64,000 nt of DNA from contig VRUG01000009.1 in NCBI GenBank assembly GCA_019456255.1, forward strand, positions 20,037 to 84,036, given 5' to 3'. This DNA comes from Planctomycetota bacterium (GTDB lineage Bacteria; Planctomycetota; Phycisphaerae; Sedimentisphaerales; Anaerobacaceae). Made by a program: the position numbers and the translations under genes. This document shows positions 37,202-45,498 of the stretch, in pieces. The notes under the pieces are model-generated. The model had not been told where the DNA came from. It did not search any database and saw nothing but the letters and a program-made list of their open reading frames with translations. Position 1 is the stretch's first letter, and every line of letters starts with the position of its first letter.

Positions 37202-38016
37202 TATCTGTTATAATACCAACGTATAATAGGGTAGACGATTTAGTTATAGCAATAGAGTCTGTTCAAATGCAGACTTTTAAGGACTTAGAGATTATTGTTG
37301 TTGATGATGGGTCTACCGATAACACTAAACAAGTTGTAGCGTCGCATACAATCTGTGATGGCAGAATTAGATACATTGATATGGGAAGGAATAGTGGGTG
37401 CCCAGTTCATCCTAGAAATACAGGTTGTGCTAATGCTAAGGGGAAGTATCTTGCATTTTTAGATAGCGACGACTTGTGGGAGCCAGAGAAGTTAAAATTG
37501 CAAGTTTGGTACTTAGAAGTAACTGGAGAAGTCTTTTCTTACCACAATATGCTAGTAAAGTATGTTGACGTTGGTAGGTCTGAGTTGTGGAGTAAGATGT
37601 CAACTTGTTTTTCTGGTGAAGTTTTTGAAGTTTTACTTAGAAAGAACTTCGTCCCAACTTCTTCTGTGTTAATAAGAAGTAGTGTATACAATGAGTTTGG
37701 TCCCATGGACTGGAAGTTTAAAATTAGTCACGACTGGGACTTGTGGTTGAAGGTTGCTTCTAAGTACCAGTTCCATTACATACCAGATAATCTTGGTGGA
37801 ACTTTGTCTATTCATTATGGCTCTGTTATAGGTGATGTTCATAAGCGTAGGGAAGAGTCTAGAAAGATTGTTAGGAAGTGGAAAAGTGAAGTGTCGCGAA
37901 GATGGTATTATAAGATAATGTTATATTACTACTTGATGGAAGTGTTTGATGTGTTACCAAAATTCCTTCAAGGTTGGGTTAGGTCCTGGTGGTATGAGCA
38001 AGAGAGGTACAAATGA
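37189..38016 (+). CDS. GT2-family glycosyltransferase
   Basis: VSVIIPTYNRVDDL..AIESVQMQTFKDLEIIVVDDGSTDNT, LDSDDLW. Confidence 0.8.
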   Translation: MDPIVSVIIPTYNRVDDLVIAIESVQMQTFKDLEIIVVDDGSTDNTKQVVASHTICDGRIRYIDMGRNSGCPVHPRNTGCANAKGKYLAFLDSDDLWEPEKLKLQVWYLEVTGEVFSYHNMLVKYVDVGRSELWSKMSTCFSGEVFEVLLRKNFVPTSSVLIRSSVYNEFGPMDWKFKISHDWDLWLKVASKYQFHYIPDNLGGTLSIHYGSVIGDVHKRREESRKIVRKWKSEVSRRWYYKIMLYYYLMEVFDVLPKFLQGWVRSWWYEQERYK

Positions 38017-38140
38017 GCGACAATACTCTTGTTATAATTGTCTTTCTTAGTATAGTTGTTTTAATTGTTTTGTTTGTTGGAGATCCAGATTTACATGACG
38101 CTTTGCTAGGTTCGTGTAAGTAGAAGAAAGGAGAGCAAAA

Positions 38141-38815
38141 ATGTTTCTAGTAAAACCGAGTTTTGAAATTTTGTCAATTATGGGGTACGATCCTGCACAT
38201 GAGATGTTACCTTGTGATACACCTATTGCTTTAATAGAGCATGCTGGGAGAACTTGTTACAAGTCAGAAGATCAAATAACCGCTACTTCAGCTATTAACT
38301 TTGTTAAGATGATTTTAAAAAGAGGCCATGAATCTGTTCTTGAGCACTCTGCGGTTACAGTCAAGTTTGTTATTGATAGAGGGGTCAGCCATGAGTGGGT
38401 CAGACATAGGCTTTGTGCCTTCAGCCAGGAGAGTACAAGGTACTGTAATTATAAAGGAGGGGTTACTTTTGTTATTCCACCTTGGGTTGATATTGACCCG
38501 GGAGATTATGACACTCCAGACGATCTTGGGGGAGAAGATCAAGCAAACTATGACTGGGCTCAACTTGTTTATAGTACAGAAGAAACTTATATGAATTTAC
38601 TCCATTTAGGTTGGTCCCCACAGCAAGCCAGATCAGTTCTTCCAAACTCCCTTAAGACCGAACTGGTAGTCACGGCCAACTTTCGTGAGTGGCGGCATAT
38701 CTTCAAACTCCGTACAGCCAAAGCAGCCCATCCACAGATGCAGGAGATAATGATACCAACACTTAAAGAATTCCAGAAAAGAGTGCCAGTAATATTTGAT
38801 GGTATAGGAGAGTAA
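38141..38815 (+). CDS. thyX: flavin-dependent thymidylate synthase (canonical ThyX)
   Basis: HESVLEH and RHRLCAFSQESTRY (38402-38443, an intact ThyX motif), plus FREWRHIFKLR....H.Q.QEI. Confidence 0.85.
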   Translation: MFLVKPSFEILSIMGYDPAHEMLPCDTPIALIEHAGRTCYKSEDQITATSAINFVKMILKRGHESVLEHSAVTVKFVIDRGVSHEWVRHRLCAFSQESTRYCNYKGGVTFVIPPWVDIDPGDYDTPDDLGGEDQANYDWAQLVYSTEETYMNLLHLGWSPQQARSVLPNSLKTELVVTANFREWRHIFKLRTAKAAHPQMQEIMIPTLKEFQKRVPVIFDGIGE

Positions 38816-38816
38816 A

Positions 38817-39587
38817 GTGGCAAAGTGTGAGATAATAGCAGAAATTGGCATTAACCATGGTGGGGACCTGGAATTAGCTAGGAATATGATTGATAGTGCG
38901 AAGGGCTGTGGTGCCGATGCAGTAAAGTTTCAAGTTTACGATCCTAAGCTATTGTTAAATCCAGACTCTTTTAGTCTTAGTAATTGGCAGTCTATCTTAA
39001 GATCGGAGTTGAACTTTGGAGATGTTGCAGTATTGTTCGAGCACTGCAGAAAGGCTGGTATAGAATTCTTGGCCTCTGCTTTTGATTTGAAGAGACTTGA
39101 TTGGTTAGAAGAGTTAGGAGTGAAAAGACATAAGATAGCAAGTCGTAGTATTTACGACAAAGAGTTAGTTGAAGCAGTTAAGAAAACTGGGAAGCCATAC
39201 TTAGTAAGTATGGGTATGATTGAGGAGATGCATAAGATGGAGCCCATCTACGGGACGTGGAGCAGGTTAGCCGGTACGGGTGGAAACTGTACGTTTATGT
39301 ACTGTGTATCTGAATATCCTACGTCTTTAAGTAAGATCGACTTTCACAGTTCTATTTTTAAACGAGTAAATCCTCTTAGCGTAGAGAGGTTTGATGGTTT
39401 TTCCGATCATACTGTAGGTACTACTACCGCTAAAACTGCTATTGTTCTTGGAGCAAAAGTGGTAGAGAAACACTTTACTCTTAATAAGCATGCTGATGGT
39501 CCTGACCATTGTTGTTCTGCTGACATAAATGAACTATGGAATATTTGTGATTTTCGTAATGACTTTAATAAACTAGACTGGAGGTAA
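38817..39587 (+). CDS. NeuB-family nonulosonic acid synthase (PseI/NeuB/LegI-like), lacking the C-terminal SAF domain
   Basis: IAEIGINHGGDLELA..MID.AK..GADAVKFQ, FSDHTVG, VVEKHFTLNK...GPDH..S. Only 256 aa. GTG start. Confidence 0.75.
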   Translation: MAKCEIIAEIGINHGGDLELARNMIDSAKGCGADAVKFQVYDPKLLLNPDSFSLSNWQSILRSELNFGDVAVLFEHCRKAGIEFLASAFDLKRLDWLEELGVKRHKIASRSIYDKELVEAVKKTGKPYLVSMGMIEEMHKMEPIYGTWSRLAGTGGNCTFMYCVSEYPTSLSKIDFHSSIFKRVNPLSVERFDGFSDHTVGTTTAKTAIVLGAKVVEKHFTLNKHADGPDHCCSADINELWNICDFRNDFNKLDWR

Positions 39588-39592
39588 ATTGT

Positions 39593-39679
39593 GGGAGTAG
39601 AGCCGGTTTTAGCGCAGAACCGGTGGGTCCACATGGTAGTGGAGTACAACCCGAAGAGTTCGAATCTCTCCTACTCCCA
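39593..39679 (+). tRNA. tRNA-like element (acceptor stem + canonical T-arm; anticodon not assignable by eye)
   Basis: GGGAGTAG (39593-39600) pairs with CTACTCCC (39671-39678). The T-arm is AGAG-TTCGAAT-CTCT (39655-39669). There are two internal hairpins: 39602-39624 (loop TAGCGCA) and 39628-39643 (loop ATGGTA). It lies in a 104-nt intergenic gap. Confidence 0.45.
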
Positions 39680-39691
39680 ACCTTTAAATTT

Positions 39692-41260
39692 ATGTTAGAC
39701 TTTCTATTCATAACAAGTCCGACTAATGCACGTAATCCGCATCCGCCTTATTACTTTCTCTACTTATCTGCTTATTTGAGAGAGAAGGGTCTTAGGGTTA
39801 AGATTGTAGACGTAAAGGGAGGTGATAGGCCTCATGAACTTGAAGTACACTACTCAACGATTAGTCAAGAACTTAGATGTAACCCATCCCGTTTTGTTGG
39901 GTTGGCTGCTTTTCATAGTGATTATCCTGCTATTATGCGTCTTGGGGGTATTGTCAAACTTAATCAACCAGATACAACTTTACTTGTGGGAAACGCGCAT
40001 AGTACGATTAGTCCGCAAGACTTCATTTTTAAAGAGTCGAATTTCGATGTAGCTGTATTAGGAGAAGGAGAAGAGACTTGTTATGATTTATGGTGTTGGT
40101 ACGACAAACCTGTAACTAAACGGTTAGACGAAGTTGCTGGTATTGCTTACATGTCTTACGTACTAAAGGAGCCAGAATATGTTAAAACAAAAAAACGAAG
40201 AGTCATGGATATGGGAGATTTACCAAGTCCTAGCTATGATCTCGTTGATATGGATTATTATCTTTATCCTCAGAAGCTTATTATTCGGCGTATCTACACA
40301 TCTATGGTCTGTATTTTTGCCGGTAGAGGTTGCCCTTTTGATTGCGACTTTTGTGCTGCGAATAACGTGTGGCAGGCAAATGAAGGAAAAGCGTGTAGAT
40401 TGCGACCAGTAGGAAATGTCATAAACGAGATTGTGCAATTGAAGGAATTTTATAGCATAGATTTTTTCTACTTGTTTGACGACATGTTTGGTATGTCAAA
40501 GAAGTGGATGAATGGGTGGTTTGAATGGAAGAGTAAGACTGAAACTTATTCGTCAAGAAAAAGTATAGTTGAAATACCTTACGCAACTCAAACGAGGGCA
40601 GACATATGTTCAGAGGAAATGATCAGGGGACTAAAAGCCACAGGATGCATACAACTAGATATAGGAGTGGAATCGGGGAGCCAACAACTTTTGGATCAAG
40701 TAAACAAAGGAATAACACTAGATCAAATTCGTCACGTATTCTCGTGGTGCAAGAAATACAAGTTGCGGTCTTTCGCTACAATGCTCTTGAATTTGCCTGG
40801 CGAGACATCGAAAGATTTAGAATCTACACACCAATTTTTGAAAGAAATCAAACCATCGGCTGGCGTCATATTCGGCGTCACCACTCCTTATCCAGGAACC
40901 AAAATTTACGAAGATCAGTTCAAGCCAAAGCTTACCACAGACGAATATCACCTTTTAATAGGAAACCGGCTAAATCCATTGGAGAGATTCAGATTAAGCG
41001 ACCATAAGTTAGATTTGGAGGTAATATGGGACAGATGGAACAGGGAGTTCAAAGCTACACCAATGTTCGAAAGGATGTGGGCTGCAAAACCTTATCAATC
41101 ACAATATTGGCAGGCTGTATTACGGTCAGAGAGATGTTCTCAATATGTGAAGTGTTGGGGAAAAGACTTGGTGAAGACTTTCTTACTGTGGTGGATCCAC
41201 AAACTGGGAATGTATCGCTTATTGAAACGAATTCAATATAGGAGACGAAAAAATGAATGA
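39692..41260 (+). CDS. B12-binding-domain radical SAM enzyme (class B), copy 2
   Basis: MLDFLFITSP... start, an N-terminal B12-binding-like domain, GRGCPFDCDFC (CxxxCxxC), GVESGS. The track's 39623 start reads through the tRNA-like element and is rejected. Confidence 0.8.
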   Translation: MLDFLFITSPTNARNPHPPYYFLYLSAYLREKGLRVKIVDVKGGDRPHELEVHYSTISQELRCNPSRFVGLAAFHSDYPAIMRLGGIVKLNQPDTTLLVGNAHSTISPQDFIFKESNFDVAVLGEGEETCYDLWCWYDKPVTKRLDEVAGIAYMSYVLKEPEYVKTKKRRVMDMGDLPSPSYDLVDMDYYLYPQKLIIRRIYTSMVCIFAGRGCPFDCDFCAANNVWQANEGKACRLRPVGNVINEIVQLKEFYSIDFFYLFDDMFGMSKKWMNGWFEWKSKTETYSSRKSIVEIPYATQTRADICSEEMIRGLKATGCIQLDIGVESGSQQLLDQVNKGITLDQIRHVFSWCKKYKLRSFATMLLNLPGETSKDLESTHQFLKEIKPSAGVIFGVTTPYPGTKIYEDQFKPKLTTDEYHLLIGNRLNPLERFRLSDHKLDLEVIWDRWNREFKATPMFERMWAAKPYQSQYWQAVLRSERCSQYVKCWGKDLVKTFLLWWIHKLGMYRLLKRIQYRRRKNE

Positions 41261-41438
41261 ACTAAGAGATCCATTACCATACGAACTTACAACGCCGGAT
41301 TTTAATGCAGTATGGGATTGTATTAAAAATTGGGATATAGGACTACCTACTGATATAGTAGACGGCGATCACCAACTTTACAGCAAAGCGACAGCAAATC
41401 ATGTAGTAGCGATATTAGATGCGTTAAAAAGGGAATAG
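41253..41438 (+). CDS. hypothetical protein
   Basis: 61-aa ORF. Confidence 0.4.
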   Translation: MNELRDPLPYELTTPDFNAVWDCIKNWDIGLPTDIVDGDHQLYSKATANHVVAILDALKRE

Positions 41439-41494
41439 CGAAATCCTGGCTTGAGTTTTAAGGTCCCTGAAGAAAACTGGGTATAGGAGAAAGA

Positions 41495-41941
41495 ATGTTT
41501 CTGTACGGTAAAAAATCTATAGAGCAACTAGAAACTTGCGATCCACTACTTCAAGACTTGTTTCATCAAGTCATCAAGATAGTTGATGTTACTATTTTAG
41601 TAGGACATCGGGGGCAACTCGAGCAAAACAGCTTTTACTTAATGGGAAGTTCGAAACTCGACTGGCCCGATAGTAAACACAACAAGATTCCGTCAGAAGC
41701 GTTAGATGCTGCGCCGTTTCCTATTGATTGGGAAGACCATAAGCGTTTTTACTTCTTAGGTGGTATTGTTACGAGTCTTGCTTCTACAATGGGTATTCTA
41801 ATCAGGTGGGGTGGTGCCTGGAGCGGGGAAATAAATCCAAAAGGTGCTTTTAATGACCTAGTACATTTTGAGTTAACATCCAATCCATTTAAACAAAAAC
41901 ATGCTTTTGATCTTAATGCAGGATTTGGTGCAATAAAATGA
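41495..41941 (+). CDS. peptidase M15-family endolysin (L-alanyl-D-glutamate/D-Ala-D-Ala peptidase, T5 Lys-like)
   Basis: GKKS.EQL..C.P.LQ, GHRGQ.EQ, SKH....SEALDAAPFP, WGGAW, DLVHFEL. Zn ligands fit the H..D...H pattern. Confidence 0.75.
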   Translation: MFLYGKKSIEQLETCDPLLQDLFHQVIKIVDVTILVGHRGQLEQNSFYLMGSSKLDWPDSKHNKIPSEALDAAPFPIDWEDHKRFYFLGGIVTSLASTMGILIRWGGAWSGEINPKGAFNDLVHFELTSNPFKQKHAFDLNAGFGAIK

Positions 41942-42243
41942 AAGTTTACTTAACTAAGGAAGAGTTTGATGACTTACTAGAATATTCTATGTCTGTACCT
42001 ACTGGGACTACTATAGGTAAAAAGTGGAAACGTCATGTTTACAGTTTCGAAGCTCATGGGCAGAAATTTAGTGCTTATTATGTACCTAAGAACTGTACGT
42101 TAATATCAGATACTTGGCTTTTAGGAACATACGCAAAGAGTAAGAAGCCAGGATACGTTGATATAACTTGGAAAGACATAGAAGTAGTTGGTGAGTTAGA
42201 AATAGACAAAGTTATTAGAAGATTTGAAGATCGGGGGAAGTAA
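41938..42243 (+). CDS. hypothetical protein
   Basis: 101 aa, ATGA-coupled. Confidence 0.45.
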   Translation: MKVYLTKEEFDDLLEYSMSVPTGTTIGKKWKRHVYSFEAHGQKFSAYYVPKNCTLISDTWLLGTYAKSKKPGYVDITWKDIEVVGELEIDKVIRRFEDRGK

Positions 42244-42247
42244 TTAA

Positions 42248-42634
42248 ATGGAAACTGTCAGTTTAATAGACCGTATTAAATGGTGGTGTGGTAGGAAGTT
42301 GGGTTTTTACATCGAGGCTTCTATAAAACTCAGACCAGAAGAAGTTGCTCCTTTATTAGAAAACAACTACCAACTTCAAACCCTATCAATGGCAATGAAT
42401 GCCTGTACAACTTTAGAAATGAAAGAAGAATACAGGGAGAAACTTCATTACGCTTACGTTAGAAATCATGGGTTACTAGACGAGTTGTACATTAGACATG
42501 GTGGACCTCAGTTAACTCGCCATTTAAACAGACCAAAAGCGCCATCAGTTACATTTTATACTGACACGTTGTTAATTCCGTTAGTTGAAGATTTAGTTGA
42601 TGGAACGAGAACAAAAAAGGGAAAGGAAAAGTAA
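42248..42634 (+). CDS. hypothetical protein
   Basis: 128 aa. Confidence 0.45.
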   Translation: METVSLIDRIKWWCGRKLGFYIEASIKLRPEEVAPLLENNYQLQTLSMAMNACTTLEMKEEYREKLHYAYVRNHGLLDELYIRHGGPQLTRHLNRPKAPSVTFYTDTLLIPLVEDLVDGTRTKKGKEK

Positions 42635-42864
42635 TGTCTGTTATAGTAGCAGGGAAGTCGTGTAGTAAGTGTAAGAAGAAGTACTGGGTATCATTTGGCC
42701 ATCCTAAATGGTATTCTACCTGGATCAAGAATAAACGCGAGGAAAACCCACCAGAGTTTAAAGCCTGGAAAGAACTAGGTAGTTTAGGTAAATGTCCTCT
42801 ATGTGCTGATTCTGATTGGAAAAGGTTAGGAAGAGTTTTATTGAGAGGATGGGATATTATATGA
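42634..42864 (+). CDS. zinc-ribbon protein
   Basis: 76 aa with CSKC...CPLC. Confidence 0.4.
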   Translation: MSVIVAGKSCSKCKKKYWVSFGHPKWYSTWIKNKREENPPEFKAWKELGSLGKCPLCADSDWKRLGRVLLRGWDII

Positions 42865-43010
42865 ATGAAAAAATAGTACACTTGCATGAGGGAAAGTGGT
42901 ATTTTTGGAATGACTTAAAAGACAGAGTTGGCCCTTATGATAATGAAGGAGACTGTTGGATTGCACTAGGAAAGTATACTGATGAGATTGTTGGTAAAAA
43001 GTCAACCTAA
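42861..43010 (+). CDS. hypothetical protein
   Basis: 49 aa from the ATGA-coupled ATG at 42861. Confidence 0.3.
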   Translation: MNEKIVHLHEGKWYFWNDLKDRVGPYDNEGDCWIALGKYTDEIVGKKST

Positions 43011-43371
43011 GAGAACCCGTATTAGCGACTATTATGTTAAGCCAGAAGGCGTAGTCAGTCTTTACGAAACAATGTTGCTTAACACAATTAACGACTACTT
43101 CTTTTACTCTAGAGGTTCCGTTGAACACAACGCTGCTAAATACTGGTTGTTTTACGAAGACAGCATAAGCGATGTAATGAGTCTTAATATGGTATGTATA
43201 GTTCTTAGTATTGATAAGGACAAGCTACGAGTCGCGTTACATGTAAAGAGAGACACTGGGAAGATGCGACGGTTATTAAAGACTGAATTTGGAATTCTTT
43301 TATCTACTTGTGAAAATTTAGTGTTAAGGGAATCAAACTTTCAAATACAATGGGATGGAGATGGTTATTAG
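42982..43371 (+). CDS. hypothetical protein
   Basis: 129 aa. Confidence 0.4.
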   Translation: MRLLVKSQPKRTRISDYYVKPEGVVSLYETMLLNTINDYFFYSRGSVEHNAAKYWLFYEDSISDVMSLNMVCIVLSIDKDKLRVALHVKRDTGKMRRLLKTEFGILLSTCENLVLRESNFQIQWDGDGY

Positions 43372-43855
43372 AACGAAAAAGTTGAAGCGAAGTTCGGTTA
43401 CTTTTACTGGTGAAATGGAAGAAGTAGCCCAAAGAATACGTTCTGGTTTTTCCCCAGAAGAAGTAGCGATTTCACTTGACATTCCTGCCGATAGGGTTCT
43501 AGCTTATTTAGAAGATAGGTTAGTGCAGGAAAGAATCAGACATCTACTTGGGGACAAGTTTGAGCGATGGTCAAAATTAAGAGACAGACTTTATGAAGAG
43601 TGTCTTAGTACGAGTATAAGGCTTGTTAGAGACGGGAAGATATCATGGCCGTATATGGAAAAAATGCTTGATAGACTAGAAGCAAGTTATGGTATTTTTA
43701 AAAAGGTGTCCGAGAAAAGACAGATTTCTAAAGAAACAACTCCTTTAATACCAGATGGAAGCGGTGGAATCTTCAAAACTAAAGAAGTTCATACTCATGA
43801 AGTAACTGACGTCCATACTGGTGACATTCGTACTGAGAAGAAGCAGGAGGATTAA
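43355..43855 (+). CDS. hypothetical protein with HTH-like segment
   Basis: 166 aa. EEVAQRIRSGFSPEEVAISLDIPADRV resembles a helix-turn-helix. Confidence 0.4.
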   Translation: MEMVIRTKKLKRSSVTFTGEMEEVAQRIRSGFSPEEVAISLDIPADRVLAYLEDRLVQERIRHLLGDKFERWSKLRDRLYEECLSTSIRLVRDGKISWPYMEKMLDRLEASYGIFKKVSEKRQISKETTPLIPDGSGGIFKTKEVHTHEVTDVHTGDIRTEKKQED

Positions 43856-43856
43856 T

Positions 43857-44237
43857 ATGCCTATTGAAGCACCATTACCAAAAGATCATCTAATGTTAGT
43901 CGCATGGAATAATTACAAAGGTACGAGGGAGTATAGAAAGCATCGAGAATGGGCAGAATACGACGATTGGTTAGATGGCTCGTTATGGGCTTTTTTTGTG
44001 GCTGGTTGGGAGTCTAGTGCGAGAGCAATAACCGAAAATCATCAGTGGAGTAAGACAATGAAAAAGGAAAAGTGTTTTTGTGGTTGTGAGTCTTTCTATA
44101 TTAGTAAGGAAGAACACTACTGGCTTATTACTTGCCAGTCTTGTAAGTGTGAGCGACGTATAACAACTCCAGGTGTGGGAGTTGACAACTATTCTGTTAG
44201 TATTCCATTTGTTGAGCAGAAAGTGGAGGATAAATGA
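43857..44237 (+). CDS. hypothetical protein with C-terminal Cys4 cluster
   Basis: 126 aa with CFCGC...CQSCKC. Confidence 0.4.
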   Translation: MPIEAPLPKDHLMLVAWNNYKGTREYRKHREWAEYDDWLDGSLWAFFVAGWESSARAITENHQWSKTMKKEKCFCGCESFYISKEEHYWLITCQSCKCERRITTPGVGVDNYSVSIPFVEQKVEDK

Positions 44238-44419
44238 TCTGTTCATTTTGTAAGAAGCATCAGAATGAGGTAGCGGTGTTAGTCGTAGGTCCAGATGTTA
44301 GTATTTGCGATGAATGCCTTTTCATTTGCTTTGATGTAGTTAAGGAGCACTTCTATTCAACTGAAAAAGTAGTAAAAGCTCATGAAAACACGATCAAACT
44401 AATGGAGATAGGTGGATGA
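44234..44419 (+). CDS. stand-alone ClpX-type C4 zinc-binding domain (ZBD) protein
   Basis: MICSFCKKHQNEVAVLVVGPDVSICDECLFICFDVV aligns with the ClpX N-terminus CSFCGKSQHEV.KLIAGP.V.ICDECV.LC.DI. Confidence 0.75.
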   Translation: MICSFCKKHQNEVAVLVVGPDVSICDECLFICFDVVKEHFYSTEKVVKAHENTIKLMEIGG

Positions 44420-44592
44420 GAGTAGACCTTATAATAAAGACTAGTAAACTTGGTAAGAAAACGGAAAAGCGTTTTACGGTCTTTGAAAAGAATGAAGTCG
44501 AAGAGTTACTTTTAGATACTGGAATACTTGGAAAGATTTTGCGTGACGAAGAGGTTACGATTAAGCCTTACTTCCAGGAGAAAAGAAAATGA
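44416..44592 (+). CDS. hypothetical protein
   Basis: 58-aa ORF absent from the supplied track, ATGA-coupled at both ends. Confidence 0.3.
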   Translation: MRVDLIIKTSKLGKKTEKRFTVFEKNEVEELLLDTGILGKILRDEEVTIKPYFQEKRK

Positions 44593-44747
44593 TTTATGTA
44601 ATAGGTGGTCTTTTAGTATTAGGAGTAGTCTCAATGGGTTCGCTTTATATAGTTTTTCTTTTAGACTGTTTTGAATAAGGTAAACTTGATTCAGATAACG
44701 TCTAGGTACTTTTGTGCTGGTATTTCTATTGAAGGGAAACAAAGACG

Positions 44748-44969
44748 ATGTGCACCAATCATAAAATACATGCGAAATTGGACTTTAGCAGAAGTCAGAA
44801 TATACTGCAAGAAGAAGGGTTGGAAGATCTTGGTAGTAAACTAGCCTGGATTTTACTAGCGTGTTATGTAGTGTATATACTGATTTTACCAGTATTCGTG
44901 GTAGTGGTTAAAACAACGAGAATGAAATATGGAGATAGTCAAGGATGGAGTGATTTATGGATAGCATAG
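44748..44969 (+). CDS. small membrane protein
   Basis: 73 aa with a central TM (LAWILLACYVVYILILPVFVVVV). Confidence 0.4.
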   Translation: MCTNHKIHAKLDFSRSQNILQEEGLEDLGSKLAWILLACYVVYILILPVFVVVVKTTRMKYGDSQGWSDLWIA

Positions 44970-45136
44970 GATTTTTTACTTCGTTTGCTATTGTAGCAGG
45001 TTCAATCTTTGGAATCTACCTAATTGCTTTTACTCTCATGATTCCGTTTTATATACGTCGCATAAGAAGTGAAGTGATTAAAGGTAATCAACTACTAATC
45101 GAAATAAGAGACCAGAAGTACTTGAAGGGTAAGTAG
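44957..45136 (+). CDS. small membrane protein
   Basis: 59-aa ORF absent from the supplied track, with two hydrophobic segments and a charged tail. Confidence 0.35.
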   Translation: MDSIGFFTSFAIVAGSIFGIYLIAFTLMIPFYIRRIRSEVIKGNQLLIEIRDQKYLKGK

Positions 45137-45145
45137 GAGAGCAAA

Positions 45146-45484
45146 ATGACGAAACGAAAAAAGTTTAACAAGGCAAGGACAATCGAGTTGCATGACGATT
45201 TATGGGACTGGTGTTCTCGTAACCCAACGAAAGAGAAGTCTGACTGGCCTGAATGGAAAAAGAACGGTGGGAAGATCCCAGAAGTAGAATGTGAATGTTT
45301 CTTATGTGAATGGGTAAGAGACAGTTATAAAGAGAGTTGTGTAGAGAAATGTCCCCTTAAGTGGTCATCAAAAAATGGACGTTGCAATTCGTTAGATGGA
45401 GAGTTCCATATGTGGGAAAATGCAAAGACTTTAAAACTAAAGAGGAAGTACGCTAGACTTATTAGAGACTTACCAGAAAGGTAG
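45146..45484 (+). CDS. Cys-rich hypothetical protein (tandem paralog A)
   Basis: 112 aa. Shares W.W....PTK.K.DWP.WK.NGG.IP......CFLCEWV...C..KCP..WSS..G.CN...GEF.MWE.AKT..LK.KYA.LIRDLPER with the next gene. Confidence 0.55.
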   Translation: MTKRKKFNKARTIELHDDLWDWCSRNPTKEKSDWPEWKKNGGKIPEVECECFLCEWVRDSYKESCVEKCPLKWSSKNGRCNSLDGEFHMWENAKTLKLKRKYARLIRDLPER

Positions 45485-45498
45485 TATAGGAGGGCGAA

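Noticed and set aside
39623-39691. N-terminal extension of the radical SAM ORF proposed by the track
   Set aside because: The extension reads through the tRNA-like element. The ATG at 39692 gives a sensible N-terminus (MLDFLFITSP...).
40606-41241. Alternative-frame + strand ORFs inside the second radical SAM gene (133 aa and 71 aa)
   Set aside because: They are fully nested in a gene with a continuous family-typical translation. Their R/N-rich sequences are not protein-like.
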